A stretch of 41,084 nucleotides of DNA from Dermatophilaceae bacterium. Lineage in GTDB: Bacteria > Actinomycetota > Actinomycetes > Actinomycetales > Dermatophilaceae. Numbering within the stretch: position 1 is the first letter of the stretch; each line of letters begins with the position of its first letter. The stretch is from the NCBI GenBank assembly GCA_036382455.1, contig DASVHT010000287.1, positions 1-41,084 of the forward strand, read 5' to 3'. The notes beneath the pieces were generated by a model. That model was given only the letters and a program-made list of their open reading frames with translations, was not told the DNA's origin and did no database searches. Of this stretch, positions 10,801-19,425 are shown piece after piece. The translations under genes were made by a program, and so were the position numbers.

Positions 10801-11037
10801 ACACCGATCAGGCGCGACCCCGTCGCTACGGACCCGGTCGACCACGATCTCGATGGCGGTGGTGGTCTTGCCCGTTCCTGGGGCGCCGAGGACACGAAGC
10901 ACCCCTGCGGCGTGACGCTGAGCGGCCGCAGCGTCATGACTCCAGGGCATGGTGCGGTGGGCGACCGCAGCAGCCTGCGCCTCGTCCAGGCTCAGGGCCC
11001 CGTTGACCGGGCCGGGAGCCCGTCGCAATGTCAGCAC
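7837..11037 (-). CDS. adnA: Helicase-nuclease AdnA (UvrD-like plus C-terminal RecB-type nuclease with Cys cluster)
   Basis: It has Walker A GAPGTGKTTTA and the nuclease motif GRVDRL...VVDLKTG...QLGGYQV. A 4-Cys pattern (FSDC...CTSCSVRSSC) is typical of Fe-S nuclease domains. It uses a GTG start at 11037 and is translationally coupled to adnB. Confidence 0.85.
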   Translation of the reverse strand: MLTLRRAPGPVNGALSLDEAQAAAVAHRTMPWSHDAAAAQRHAAGVLRVLGAPGTGKTTTAIEIVVDRVRSDGVAPDRCLVLTASRTAAAELRERITGRIGGTTTEPLARTHQALGFGILRQAAALRGDPSPRLLSGPEQDVILRELLAGHVSGEGKAPDWPSHVQAALATRGFRAELRDLLMRAVERGLEAADLAALGIAHERPEWVAAAQILAEYDEVTAFSRPGSYDPAWILGAAADLIEEDPQARERLASSLSLIVVDDAQELTPSAARLLEVVRAPHIDLVLIGDPDAAVQTFRGADPRILGADHSRFGHGPTITLATSYRQPAALREVTHRVTRRIGAVGGGIQRELEHVPEGGRVDVSLLRATSQEAALIAAELRQAHLLDRMPWSDMAVIVRGQGRTSTLRRVLVAAGVPVAVPATEVAVRDEMAVRPLLALLEVALNLAAGAPDPIDTGTAVDVVLSPIGGADAVGLRRLRRALRRDELDSGGGRTSDELLAQSLVVPTALGVLGPEGASARRVAKAIAAGVSAARMVDDGDGRRWAPGVTAESVLWAMWDATGLGESWRRVALGGGLPGARADRHLDAVLALFDAAARYVDRLPQMGPRGFLEHIRGQDVAGDTLVARAPSDDTVSLLTPAGAAGRQWRFVVVAGVQEGVWPDLRLRGSLLGSERLVDVISDRGQSLRAAQAAVRYDETRLFLVAVSRASERLLVTAVRSDDEQPSVYLDIVDPQTESDGGDELRSFSEVPRPMTLAGLVAELRREVVIGATVRDRHTAARQLARLAAARVVGADPSSWWALTALSDDRPLRAEGSSVAVSPSRIESFSDCNLRWLLSACGGDGPGLGAANIGTLVHDIAADLGDVDEASMREEVEVRWARLGLPQGWLSRRQLSEAKTMVSRLARYFEESATRGWERVGVELDLQVQLGRATLRGRVDRLERDGSGCLRVVDLKTGSSKPARADLLRNAQLGGYQVAVEKGAFAEHGIASAGAALLQLGKAAGVRTTVQEQRPLSADDDPGWAEALVRDTAEGMAGSEFVATVGPSCTSCSVRSSCPVQPEGKVI

Positions 11038-11106
11038 GCGCAGATTCCATCACCGCCCACCGACGGAGGTCGCGAGATCTGGCTGCACCAACGCCCTGAG
11101 ACGCAC

Positions 11107-11159
11107 GAATGCCCCGGCCGTAGGGCCAGGGCATTCAATGTTGCAGAAAAGGTTCTGCA
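11107..11159 (-). terminator. Two stem-loops immediately downstream of cspA (candidate intrinsic terminator)
   Basis: The first is tgcagaa-aagg-ttctgca (11142-11159, 7-bp stem). The second is gaatgccc..ggcc gtag ggcc..gggcattc (11107-11136). Both lie directly after the cspA stop at 11168. Confidence 0.5.
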
Positions 11160-11167
11160 GGCTGAGA

Positions 11168-11371
11168 TCAGAGCGGGCGGATGTTCTCCGCCTGCGGGCC
11201 CTTCGGACCCTGGGTGATGTCGAACTCAACCTTCTGGTTCTCATCGAGCGAGCGGTATCCGCTGCTGGCGATGGCCGAGTAGTGCGCGAACACGTCGGCG
11301 CTGCCGTCCTCGGGAGCAATGAAGCCGAAGCCCTTTTCAGCGTTGAACCACTTCACGGTGCCTGTTGCCAT
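11168..11371 (-). CDS. cspA: Cold-shock protein (CSD, 67 aa)
   Basis: The product reads [34 protein letters not shown], containing the RNP1 and RNP2 motifs. ATG 11371 is preceded by GGAGGA (complement of 11381-11386). A leader of roughly 200 nt may lie upstream, because the next gene ends at 11606. Confidence 0.95.
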   Translation of the reverse strand: MATGTVKWFNAEKGFGFIAPEDGSADVFAHYSAIASSGYRSLDENQKVEFDITQGPKGPQAENIRPL

Positions 11372-11605
11372 AACTGTTTTTCCTCCAAGAGCGCTCTGTC
11401 GATCCCGAAAGCCGGGTCCGATCGTCGCGGTGTTCGTCGTCCGCTCCAGATCAGGAACAAAGCGCACCCCCGGCACGAGGCCGCAAGCGTTCAAGACGTG
11501 CGATGCACAGCAACTACGGGTGCGACCCTACCCCAGGAGGGGTCAATATGTGGTGTTCTCCAGTCCTGCAGCAGGCAAAGGATTCACCACCACCCCGCGG
11601 ACACC

Positions 11606-11983
11606 TCATTCGGGTCTGTCGACATCCAGCTCATGGCCGTCCCATCGGGCCAGCCCCATGTCCACCCGTCGTCCGGCGAGGGCACCTCTAACCAGGGCCG
11701 TCCCCTCCTCACACCAGTGCGCCAGCGCTTCGTCCTGCAGACCCTCGGGGGCCTCGCCGCTCGCGCGGATCACGCGCCACCAGGTCACAGACGAGCCGTA
11801 ACGGGACATCACCGCCCCAACCTGCCGAGGGCCGCCCTGCCCGAGCATCTCGGCGATGTCTCCGTAGGCAAGAACCATGCCCTCCGGGATCTGGTCGACG
11901 ACGCAGAGCACGGCCTCCACGAACGCGGGCAGCTCAGACGAACCCGGCTTGTATTCCGGCTCGTCACCGTGGGTTGCAGCCAT
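11606..11983 (-). CDS. Alkyltransferase-like (ATL) protein: MGMT DNA-binding domain without the catalytic Cys
   Basis: It has the MGMT-type segment IPEGMVLAYGDIAEMLG...PRQVGAVM. TWWRV stands in place of the PCHRV active site. Its position matches Rv3204 synteny. Confidence 0.75.
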   Translation of the reverse strand: MAATHGDEPEYKPGSSELPAFVEAVLCVVDQIPEGMVLAYGDIAEMLGQGGPRQVGAVMSRYGSSVTWWRVIRASGEAPEGLQDEALAHWCEEGTALVRGALAGRRVDMGLARWDGHELDVDRPE

Positions 11984-12000
11984 GGGCTGATGGGTGCGGC

Positions 12001-13191
12001 TCAGTACGTCGGCTGGGAGGGGTCGACGTCGCGCACCCAGGCGAGCACTCCGCCCTCCAGGTTGCGAACGTCCGGATGACCTGCCTCGATCAGGATCCGC
12101 GAGGCCTCCTCCGACCGACTGCCCGACCTGCAGTGGATGACGACCGTCTGGTCAAAAGGGATCTCCAACAGCGCTGCCCCAGAACGAAATTCGTCAAGAT
12201 GGATGGCCCGCGCCCCCGGGATGTTGGCGATCGCCCGCTCCTCGCTACCACGCACATCGACCAGCAGGACGGACGGCGACCCGCTGCCGGGGAACAGACC
12301 AGCCAGCTCCCGCGCCGAGATGACGGGCACCGCGGCGCCCGCGGCTGCTGGGACCGAGCCACCCGGCATACCGCAAAAGCCCTGGTAGTCCACCAGCTCG
12401 GTGACCGATGGCGACTCGCCGCACACGGCGCAGTCAGGGTCCTTGCGCACTGCAAGCGCGTCCCAGCTCTGGCGCAGGGCGTCGTGCACCATCAACCGGC
12501 CGATCAGCGGATCTCCAATGCCAACAATGAGTTTGACGGCTTCGGCCGCCTGGATAGACCCGACGGCCGCACAAAGGACCCCGAGCACTCCCCCCTCGGC
12601 GCAGGACGGCACGAGACCCGGTGGAGGCGGCTCGGGGAACACGCAGCGGTAGCAGGGGCCGTGCTGCGCCCACCAGATGCTGATCTGACCGTCGAAGCGA
12701 TAGATCGAACCCCAGACGTCCGGCTTGCCCAACAGAACACACGCGTCATTGAGCAGGTATCGGGTCGGGAAGTTGTCGGTCCCGTCGAGGACGAGGTCGT
12801 AGGCACCAATGATCTCGAGGGCGTTGGTCGAGTCGATCCGGACGTCGTGCCTGACGACCCGCACCAGTGGGTTGATGGACGCCAGTGTCTCCGCGGCCGA
12901 CTCGGACTTGGGCCGGCCGACGTCCGCCACCCCGTGAACAACCTGCCGCTGCAGGTTAGACGTCTCCACGACATCGGCGTCGACCACCCCGATGGTCCCG
13001 ACGCCGGCGGCCGCGAGGTACATCAACGCGGGCGACCCCAGCCCACCCGCTCCGACGACCAGCACCCGTGCGTTCTTGAGGCGGCGCTGACCCTCCATGC
13101 CCACCTGCGGGATAAGGACGTGCCGGGCGTACCGGCCGACCTCCTCGGTGGACAACGGCGCGGATGGCTCGACGAGGGGCGGAAGTGCCAT
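12001..13191 (-). CDS. moeZ: Adenylyltransferase/sulfurtransferase MoeZ (ThiF/MoeB domain plus C-terminal rhodanese)
   Basis: It has GAGGLGSP (nucleotide loop), CYRC and CAVC zinc motifs, and the rhodanese loop HCRSGSRS. The preferred start is ATG 13191 (MALPPLVEP). The track ORF starts at 13227. Confidence 0.9.
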   Translation of the reverse strand: MALPPLVEPSAPLSTEEVGRYARHVLIPQVGMEGQRRLKNARVLVVGAGGLGSPALMYLAAAGVGTIGVVDADVVETSNLQRQVVHGVADVGRPKSESAAETLASINPLVRVVRHDVRIDSTNALEIIGAYDLVLDGTDNFPTRYLLNDACVLLGKPDVWGSIYRFDGQISIWWAQHGPCYRCVFPEPPPPGLVPSCAEGGVLGVLCAAVGSIQAAEAVKLIVGIGDPLIGRLMVHDALRQSWDALAVRKDPDCAVCGESPSVTELVDYQGFCGMPGGSVPAAAGAAVPVISARELAGLFPGSGSPSVLLVDVRGSEERAIANIPGARAIHLDEFRSGAALLEIPFDQTVVIHCRSGSRSEEASRILIEAGHPDVRNLEGGVLAWVRDVDPSQPTY

Positions 13192-13311
13192 GCTGATGAG
13201 GTTACCCGCGCGTAGGATGCGTTTCACCTTGCCGCATCACTGCCGCGCATCCCCTGATCGGGGCACACGACATCGGCCACGTGATCCGACCGAACGAAGG
13301 GAACGCCACCA

Positions 13312-13959
13312 GTGCCGATGCGCTCCGACATCCAAGGCCGCGGAGTGCGGCTGCCTCGCTCTGCGCGGCGGGTGCAGCTGCTTCTGGCCGCGCAGGAGGT
13401 GTTCGTCGAGTCCGGCTTCCACGCGGCCGGCATGGATGAGATCGCCGACCGTGCCGGCGTCTCCAAGCCCGTTCTGTACCAACATTTCCCCGGCAAGCTC
13501 GACCTGTATCTGGCGTTGCTCGACCACCATTCCGGTGAGCTCCTGGATCTCATTCGGGGAGCCCTGGCATCCACCACGGACAACAAGGCGCGCGTCGCCG
13601 CCACCATCGCCGCCTATTTCGAGTTCGTGGACCGTGACGGCGCCCCGTTCCGTCTGGTGTTCGAATCCGACCTGATCAATGAGGTTGCCGTTCGCGAGCG
13701 CGTCGACAAGGTCTCCCAGGACTCCGCAGAAGCCATCGCCGAGGTCATCAAGGAGGACACCGACCTGCCTGACGCGGAGGCGTATCTCCTGGGCATGGCG
13801 CTGTCAGGTATGGCCCAGACCTGCGCACGCTTCTGGCTGTCCCAGGGCTCGTCGATCCCCCGAAGCGAGGCGGCCCGACTGGTGGGCACGCTTTCCTGGC
13901 GTGGCCTTGGCGGCTTCCCCAAGATCGAGCGGGAAGGATCTGGCGCCGACGCGGGTTAG
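13312..13959 (+). CDS. TetR-family transcriptional regulator
   Basis: The N-terminal HTH reads LLAAQEVFVESGFHAAGMDEIADRAGVSKPVLYQHFPGKLDLY. It is divergent from moeZ, as for Rv3208. Confidence 0.85.
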   Translation: MPMRSDIQGRGVRLPRSARRVQLLLAAQEVFVESGFHAAGMDEIADRAGVSKPVLYQHFPGKLDLYLALLDHHSGELLDLIRGALASTTDNKARVAATIAAYFEFVDRDGAPFRLVFESDLINEVAVRERVDKVSQDSAEAIAEVIKEDTDLPDAEAYLLGMALSGMAQTCARFWLSQGSSIPRSEAARLVGTLSWRGLGGFPKIEREGSGADAG

Positions 13960-14031
13960 CCTGCAAAGAAGGACGACGATCGGGGCATAATGCCGGGGTC
14001 GCTGACGAACACCCTGACGAAAGGCTTTCCC

Positions 14032-14256
14032 GTGGAGGTCAAGATCGGCGTGCAGAACGTGGCGCGCGAGATCGTGCTTGAGTCCGAGCAGTCGCCGGAG
14101 GAGGTCGAGGCCCTGGTGACCAAGGCCCTGACCGACGGCGGCCTGCTCAACCTGGTCGACGGCTCGGGCCGGCGCGTCATCGTCCCGGTGGCCACCATCG
14201 GCTACGTCGACCTCGGTGCGCCCAAGAAGGGGGCCGTGGGGTTCGGCACGCTCTGA
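14032..14256 (+). CDS. DUF3107-family small protein (TB9.4-like)
   Basis: The product reads VEVKIGVQNVAREIVLESEQSPEEVEALV...IGYVDLG. The ORF is open from 13990, but family members usually start at (M)EVKIG, so GTG 14032 is preferred. Confidence 0.7.
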   Translation: MEVKIGVQNVAREIVLESEQSPEEVEALVTKALTDGGLLNLVDGSGRRVIVPVATIGYVDLGAPKKGAVGFGTL

Positions 14257-14352
14257 ACGGCGTTGCTCACGTCAGGCCGGTTTGCTCACTTCAGGCCGGT
14301 CTCGAGCCGCAGAACCGGGGCGAGAAGCGGTTTGAGATGAGCAAAGGCGAAG

Positions 14353-15114
14353 TCAGGCGTTCAGGCCCAGCTGCCTCATCCGCCGGGTGTGCTCGTCGGT
14401 GAGGCGGACGAACATGCGGCCCAGCTCGGCGAGGTCGGCACCGGGGCGGTTGTGTCCGCCCACGAGCAGGCTGGCCAGGGCATCGCGTTCTACTGCCACG
14501 CGCTGCGACTGGGACAGCGCCTCACCGACCAGACGACGGCCCCACAGAGCAAGACGTCCGCCCACCGTCGGATCGGCCTCGATGGCCTCCCGGACGGTCT
14601 TGACAGCGAACTCGGCCTGGCCCACGTCCTGCAGCACCGAGCGGACCAGCGTCTGGGTCGACGTATCCACGTAGGCCGAGATCTCGCGATAGAAGTCCGT
14701 CGCGATGCCGTCGCCCACGTAGGCCTTGACCAAGCCCTCGAGCCAGCCACTGGGTCTGGTGCGGTCGTGGAACTGGTCGATCGGCGCGATGAAGGGCTCC
14801 ATGGCGGCGTCGGGGTCCACACCCATCTCTTTGAGCCGCAGCGTCAAGACGTCGTAGTGATGAAACTCGGCCACGGCAACTCGGGCCAGTGCGGCCTTCG
14901 CGGGTTGGTTGGGAGCCATGTCGGCATCGGCAGCCAGCCGCGAGAACGCCGTCAGCTCGCCATAGGCAAGGGCTCCGAGAAGGTCGACAACCGCGGCGCG
15001 GTAGCCGGGATCGGCGAACAACGGATCGCCGTCGGGGCCACCAGCGTTCTCAACCCCACCAGCCTCGCCCTCGGGACCATCTGCGAAACTCGCCGGCTGC
15101 TCAACGTCGTCCAT
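14353..15114 (-). CDS. Ferritin-like fold protein (conserved actinobacterial; function unknown)
   Basis: This is a 253-aa ORF with helical-bundle-like segments (LGALAYGELTAFSRLA..., VAEFHHYDVL, LQDVGQAEFAV). Its position between DUF3107 and the DEAD-box helicase is conserved. The family assignment was made by eye only. Confidence 0.55.
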   Translation of the reverse strand: MDDVEQPASFADGPEGEAGGVENAGGPDGDPLFADPGYRAAVVDLLGALAYGELTAFSRLAADADMAPNQPAKAALARVAVAEFHHYDVLTLRLKEMGVDPDAAMEPFIAPIDQFHDRTRPSGWLEGLVKAYVGDGIATDFYREISAYVDTSTQTLVRSVLQDVGQAEFAVKTVREAIEADPTVGGRLALWGRRLVGEALSQSQRVAVERDALASLLVGGHNRPGADLAELGRMFVRLTDEHTRRMRQLGLNA

Positions 15115-15297
15115 GAACGCAAACAGTAATGCTCACCGGTAGACTCGGTCCTGACATCGGTGCCCGGTCGGCACGAATCAGCAGCCAGACGGACTTGGCT
15201 GCACCCAGAAGAACTCCGATCGGCCCGCTTTGCATCGCGGCCGTATCCTCCGAAACCTTCGGACACGCATGTGGCCCGCGCCGATCGAGAGAACTTC

Positions 15298-16944
15298 ATG
15301 AAAACCGAAGAGAACACAACAGCGCCTGACCCGGCCGAGACGGCTGCCGCGCGCGCGAAGGCCGAACCGCTGCTTGCAGAGCCAACATTCGCCGACTTCG
15401 ACGTCCACCCCGACATCGTGGCCTCGCTGGCAGCCGAAGGCATCATCAACCCCTTCCCCATCCAGTCGATGACGCTGGCCGTTGCCCTTGCCGGCCACGA
15501 CATCATCGGCCAGGCAAAGACCGGCACCGGCAAGACCCTGGGGTTCGGCATACCCATGATCCAGCGGGTGATCAGCCCGAAGGACGAGGCGTTTGCCACC
15601 CTGAAGACCGCCGGCAAGCCGCAGGCCCTTGCGGTCGCACCCACCCGAGAGCTCGCCGTTCAGGTCTCTACCGACCTGCAGCGCACCGGCAAAGGCCGTG
15701 GCGTCCGTGTCCTGACGATCTACGGAGGGCGGGCCTTCGAGCCGCAGATCGCGGCGCTCCAGCGCGGCGTCGAGATCGTCGTCGGCACGCCGGGCAGGCT
15801 CATCGACCTCGCCAAGCAGGGCCACCTCGACCTCTCCTACGTCAAGAGCGTCGTGCTCGACGAGGCTGACGAGATGCTCGACCTCGGCTTCCTTCCCGAT
15901 ATCGAGAAGCTGCTCGCGATGACCCCGGCCAGCCGCCAGACCATGCTCTTCTCGGCGACGATGCCGGGCGCCATCGTCGCGCTGGCCCGTCGATACATGA
16001 CCCAGCCCACCCACATCCGGGCCATGGGCGAGGAGCAGGACGGCCATACCGTGAAGGCGGTCGAGCAGTTCGTCTACCGCGCGCACGCGATGGACAAGGT
16101 CGAGATGCTGGCCCGCATGCTCCAGGCCACGGACCGCGGACTGACCCTCATCTTCAGCCGGACCAAGCGCACGGCCGCCAAGGTCGCTGACGACCTCGCC
16201 GAGCGAGGGTTCGCCGCGGCAGCAATTCACGGTGACCTCGGCCAGGGCGCTCGTGAGCAGGCTCTGCGCGCCTTCCGCAACGGCAAGATCGACGTGCTGG
16301 TGGCCACCGACGTGGCGGCCCGGGGTATCGACGTCGACAATGTGACGCACGTCATCAACTACCAGTGCCCCGAGGACGACAAGACCTATCTGCACCGCAT
16401 CGGGAGAACGGCCCGTGCAGGCAACACCGGTGTTGCCGTCACGTTCGTCGACTGGGACGACCTGCACCGCTGGAGCATGATCAACAAGGCCCTCGACCTC
16501 GGCATCCCCAAGGCGCAGGAAACCTACTCATCCTCCGAGCACTTCTTCACCCAGATGAACATCCCCCTGAACGCGACCGGCCGGTTGCCCAAGTCCAGTC
16601 GCACCCGCGAGGGCCTTGCTGCCGAGAAGGTCGAGGACCTCGGCGAAACGGGCAAGAACTCGAGGGGTGGGTCTCCAGAGCGTGGCCGTTCCTCGGCCGG
16701 TCGAAGCGGCGGCGGTCGCTCAGGCGGATCTTCTGCTCGAGGCGGGCGCTCATCCGATGGTCGCGAACGGTCGGTCGCCGATCGACCGAAGAACGCCGAT
16801 CACCCCAAGGGCACCGATGATGCCAAGCCGCGCAGAAACCGTACGCGTCGTCGCACACGTGGTGGACAGAGCGACTCCGCCACCGCGAGCACGACGACCG
16901 GGCAGGGCAACGAGACGGCTCCGGCCGCACCCTCGCAGGCCTAA
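15298..16944 (+). CDS. DEAD-box ATP-dependent RNA helicase with an Arg/Gly/Ser-rich basic C-terminal tail
   Basis: It has a Q-motif region, AKTGTGKT (motif I), PTRELA, DEAD (VLDEADEML), SAT, and HRIGRTARAG (motif VI). The preferred start is ATG 15298 (MKTEENT). The track ORF starts at 15160. Confidence 0.9.
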   Translation: MKTEENTTAPDPAETAAARAKAEPLLAEPTFADFDVHPDIVASLAAEGIINPFPIQSMTLAVALAGHDIIGQAKTGTGKTLGFGIPMIQRVISPKDEAFATLKTAGKPQALAVAPTRELAVQVSTDLQRTGKGRGVRVLTIYGGRAFEPQIAALQRGVEIVVGTPGRLIDLAKQGHLDLSYVKSVVLDEADEMLDLGFLPDIEKLLAMTPASRQTMLFSATMPGAIVALARRYMTQPTHIRAMGEEQDGHTVKAVEQFVYRAHAMDKVEMLARMLQATDRGLTLIFSRTKRTAAKVADDLAERGFAAAAIHGDLGQGAREQALRAFRNGKIDVLVATDVAARGIDVDNVTHVINYQCPEDDKTYLHRIGRTARAGNTGVAVTFVDWDDLHRWSMINKALDLGIPKAQETYSSSEHFFTQMNIPLNATGRLPKSSRTREGLAAEKVEDLGETGKNSRGGSPERGRSSAGRSGGGRSGGSSARGGRSSDGRERSVADRPKNADHPKGTDDAKPRRNRTRRRTRGGQSDSATASTTTGQGNETAPAAPSQA

Positions 16945-16966
16945 GGCCTCACTCAGGTCCAACAGA

Positions 16967-16999
16967 CAGCCCCGCCACCCCATGGGGGTGGCGGGGCTG
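16967..16999. terminator. Perfect 15-bp GC-rich hairpin between convergent genes (bidirectional terminator candidate)
   Basis: The arms cagccccgccacccc (16967-16981) and ggggtggcggggctg (16985-16999) flank a 3-nt loop and are followed by TTTCGTG. It lies 23 nt after the helicase stop and 15 nt before the ParA stop. Confidence 0.7.
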
Positions 17000-17013
17000 T
17001 TTCGTGCAAGCGG

Positions 17014-17844
17014 TCAGAATCGCGGCAACAGGCTCGTGGCGACGTCTCGGTAGGCCTGAGCACCCTTGGACCTTCGTGACGTCGTGAGGATGGAACGACC
17101 CACCGCCGGCGCTTCGGCGAAACGCACGGTCTTGGGGATCGGCGGGCTGAGCACCGGCAGGCCGTAACGCTCACCCACATCGGCCAGCACGGCCCGTGCG
17201 TGGTTGCTGCGGCCGTCGAACATCGTGGGCAGGATCCCGAAGACCTCGAGCCCGGGATTGAGGATCGCCTTCACGTCGGTGACCGTGTCGAGCAGCTGCC
17301 CGACGCCGCGGTGGCTGAGCATCTCGCACGGCATCGGGATGATGAGACCCTGCGAGGCCGTCAGTGCATTGAGCGTCAGCACGCCCAGAGAAGGCGCGCA
17401 GTCCAGCAGGACGACGTCGTAGTCGGCCCGCAGCGGCTCCAGCACCGAACGAAGCACGTACTCGCGGCCCGGCCGCGGCAGCAGCTGGGCCTCCACTCCT
17501 GCCAGCTCGATAACGCTCGGGATCAGGTCGACGCCATCAGCACAGGTCATGATCGCGTCCCGGGCCTTGACACCACGCCCGACCAGCACCTCGTTGATGC
17601 TCATCTCGACCTCGTCCGGGTCAACGCCGAGGCTGAACGTCAGGCAGGCCTGCGCATCGAGGTCGACGAGCAGGACACGCTTGTCGAGCTCGGCGAACGC
17701 GGCACCCAGCGAGGCAACCGACGTGGTCTTGGCCACCCCGCCCTTCTGGTTGGCCACTGCCACGATCGTGCCCAACCGCGTCACAGGCGGCCCGTCCGGC
17801 TCGCGCTTTTCGTCCTGTTTGCGGTTTCGCGTTGTCGCGGTCAC
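17014..17844 (-). CDS. Orphan ParA/Soj-family ATPase (no ParB partner in the window)
   Basis: It has the deviant Walker A VANQKGGVAKTTS. It uses a GTG start with a GGAGG RBS (complement of 17853-17857). It is Rv3213c-like by position. Confidence 0.85.
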   Translation of the reverse strand: MTATTRNRKQDEKREPDGPPVTRLGTIVAVANQKGGVAKTTSVASLGAAFAELDKRVLLVDLDAQACLTFSLGVDPDEVEMSINEVLVGRGVKARDAIMTCADGVDLIPSVIELAGVEAQLLPRPGREYVLRSVLEPLRADYDVVLLDCAPSLGVLTLNALTASQGLIIPMPCEMLSHRGVGQLLDTVTDVKAILNPGLEVFGILPTMFDGRSNHARAVLADVGERYGLPVLSPPIPKTVRFAEAPAVGRSILTTSRRSKGAQAYRDVATSLLPRF

Positions 17845-17940
17845 TGGTGGTGCCTCCGAGGGCCTTGGGGTCGGGCACAGTCTGTCAGCGTGGGATGCAC
17901 CCAGGACAACAGCCCTTGTTCGCCCCGGAAGTGCGATGAC

Positions 17941-18798
17941 TCACACGTGCGGGGAGTCGGGCTCGAGCCCTGCCCAGTCGGACTTCTCCGGCCCCATCCG
18001 CTGGCCCTCGGGGCAGTACGCCCGGAAGTCACACCAAGCGCAGATCGGAGACACCCGCGGCTCGAACGACGGCGAAACGACCCCCAGCTCGGCGTAGCCC
18101 GCATCAGCCCTGCGCAGATCGGAGGCGATCGACTCCGCCTCAGCGATCTTGCGCGCCAACGTCTCGGGCGTGTGCTGGTGCGCGAGGACCTCGCCCGTCG
18201 GCACATGGTGCAGCTCGACCCGTTCACAGGGGCGACGGAACATGCGAGCCACGGCGACGGCATACAGGGCCATCGGCAGTGAGGTGCGTGCGTCGTCGTC
18301 GGTGAGCCGCGCCCGCCCGGTCTTGTAGTCGACCACCACCAGCTCACCGTCGCGGTCGTCGAGCCGGTCCAGGCGACCGGTGACGGCGACTGTCTCGGTG
18401 CGCAAAGAGACGGTGCGCTCGACGCCCAGCGGTTGGCGGTCGCGGTCGATACCACGCAGGTATTCCGTCACTCGCCGTGTCGTGCGATCCCGCCAGCGCG
18501 CGGACTGGTCAGGATCGCGGAAGCCCACGTCGATCCAGGACTGCCGCACCAACCGCTCCACGGCACCCGGTGTGCGCTCGGCCGGGGCGAGGTCCCAGAA
18601 GTCGCGCAGGACGTTGTGTGTCGCCACCCCAACCGAGGTGTGTGCCCGCCGTGGTCGCGCTGAAGGCCTGGGGTGGTCGAGGTACTGCATGCGATAGCGC
18701 CGAGGGCAGTCGAGCCAGGCCAACAGCTTGCTCGGGCTCGCACGGTAGAGGCGTTGCGGCATCCCGCTGAACGTCTCTTCCACCGGCACGTCAGTCAC
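17941..18798 (-). CDS. PD-(D/E)XK (RecB/Cas4-like) nuclease with a 4-Cys cluster
   Basis: It has GRLDRL...VVVDYKTG...ALYAVAV, plus LDCPRRY near the N-terminus and CAWCDFRAYC at the C-terminus (C...CxxCx5C). The start is uncertain: GTG 18798 or ATG 18762. The track ORF runs to 18945 but would overlap MarC. Confidence 0.75.
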   Translation of the reverse strand: MTDVPVEETFSGMPQRLYRASPSKLLAWLDCPRRYRMQYLDHPRPSARPRRAHTSVGVATHNVLRDFWDLAPAERTPGAVERLVRQSWIDVGFRDPDQSARWRDRTTRRVTEYLRGIDRDRQPLGVERTVSLRTETVAVTGRLDRLDDRDGELVVVDYKTGRARLTDDDARTSLPMALYAVAVARMFRRPCERVELHHVPTGEVLAHQHTPETLARKIAEAESIASDLRRADAGYAELGVVSPSFEPRVSPICAWCDFRAYCPEGQRMGPEKSDWAGLEPDSPHV

Positions 18799-18808
18799 GG
18801 CGCCGAGG

Positions 18809-19425
18809 CTAGCTGCCAGCGCTGACAAAGGCTCGGACGCTGTCGGCGACCATCTGCACGGCGATGGCCGACAGCAGCAGGCCGGCGATCCGGGTAACCA
18901 GCATCGTCCCGCTGTCGCGCAGGAGCCGATGGACGTTTCCGGCAAACCTCAGCGACAGCCACACGACGGCCAGTGTGGCGACAAGGCCTGCAGCCACAGC
19001 AAGGAAACCCCCGGGCCCATCCGCCCGCCGAACGGCCAGCATCGTCGCCACGATCGCGCCGGGCCCCGCGAGCAGCGGCGTGCCCAGCGGACCAGAGCCA
19101 CGTTGACTCCGGCATCGGCACCCACACCCGAGTCCTGGCCCGTGAGCAGCTGCAGCGCCACGAGGAGGAGCAGCAGGCCGCCAGCACCCTGCAACGCCGC
19201 AAGGCTGATGTGCAGGTAGCTCAGAATCTGCTGACCAAACACGGCGAACGCCGCGATCACCCCGAGCGCTACGAGCGAGGCACGCCGGGCCGAGACCACC
19301 CGCTGCCTGGACGTGAGTGACCTCGTCAACGCCAGGAAGATCGGGACGGCTCCGATCGGGTTCATGATCACCAGCAGCGTCACGATGACCGAGCCGAAGA
19401 GCCGTAGGTCGAAGACGGAGCTCAC
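18809..19425 (-). pseudogene. MarC-family integral membrane protein interrupted by a 1-nt frameshift
   Basis: ORF 18949..19425 reads ...GADAGVNVALV and then nonsense. ORF 18809..19051 carries the rest (ATMLAVRRADGPGGFLAV...). Adding one base near 19089-19091 (GG to GGG on the + strand) restores NVALVPLGTPLLAGPGAIVATMLAV, the conserved MarC motif. Confidence 0.75.

Noticed and set aside
13216-13238. A possible TetR operator gatgcg-N11-cgcatc in the moeZ/TetR divergent region.
   Set aside because: It has only 6-bp arms with a long spacer, and it falls within the alternative 5' extension of the moeZ ORF. This is too weak to call.
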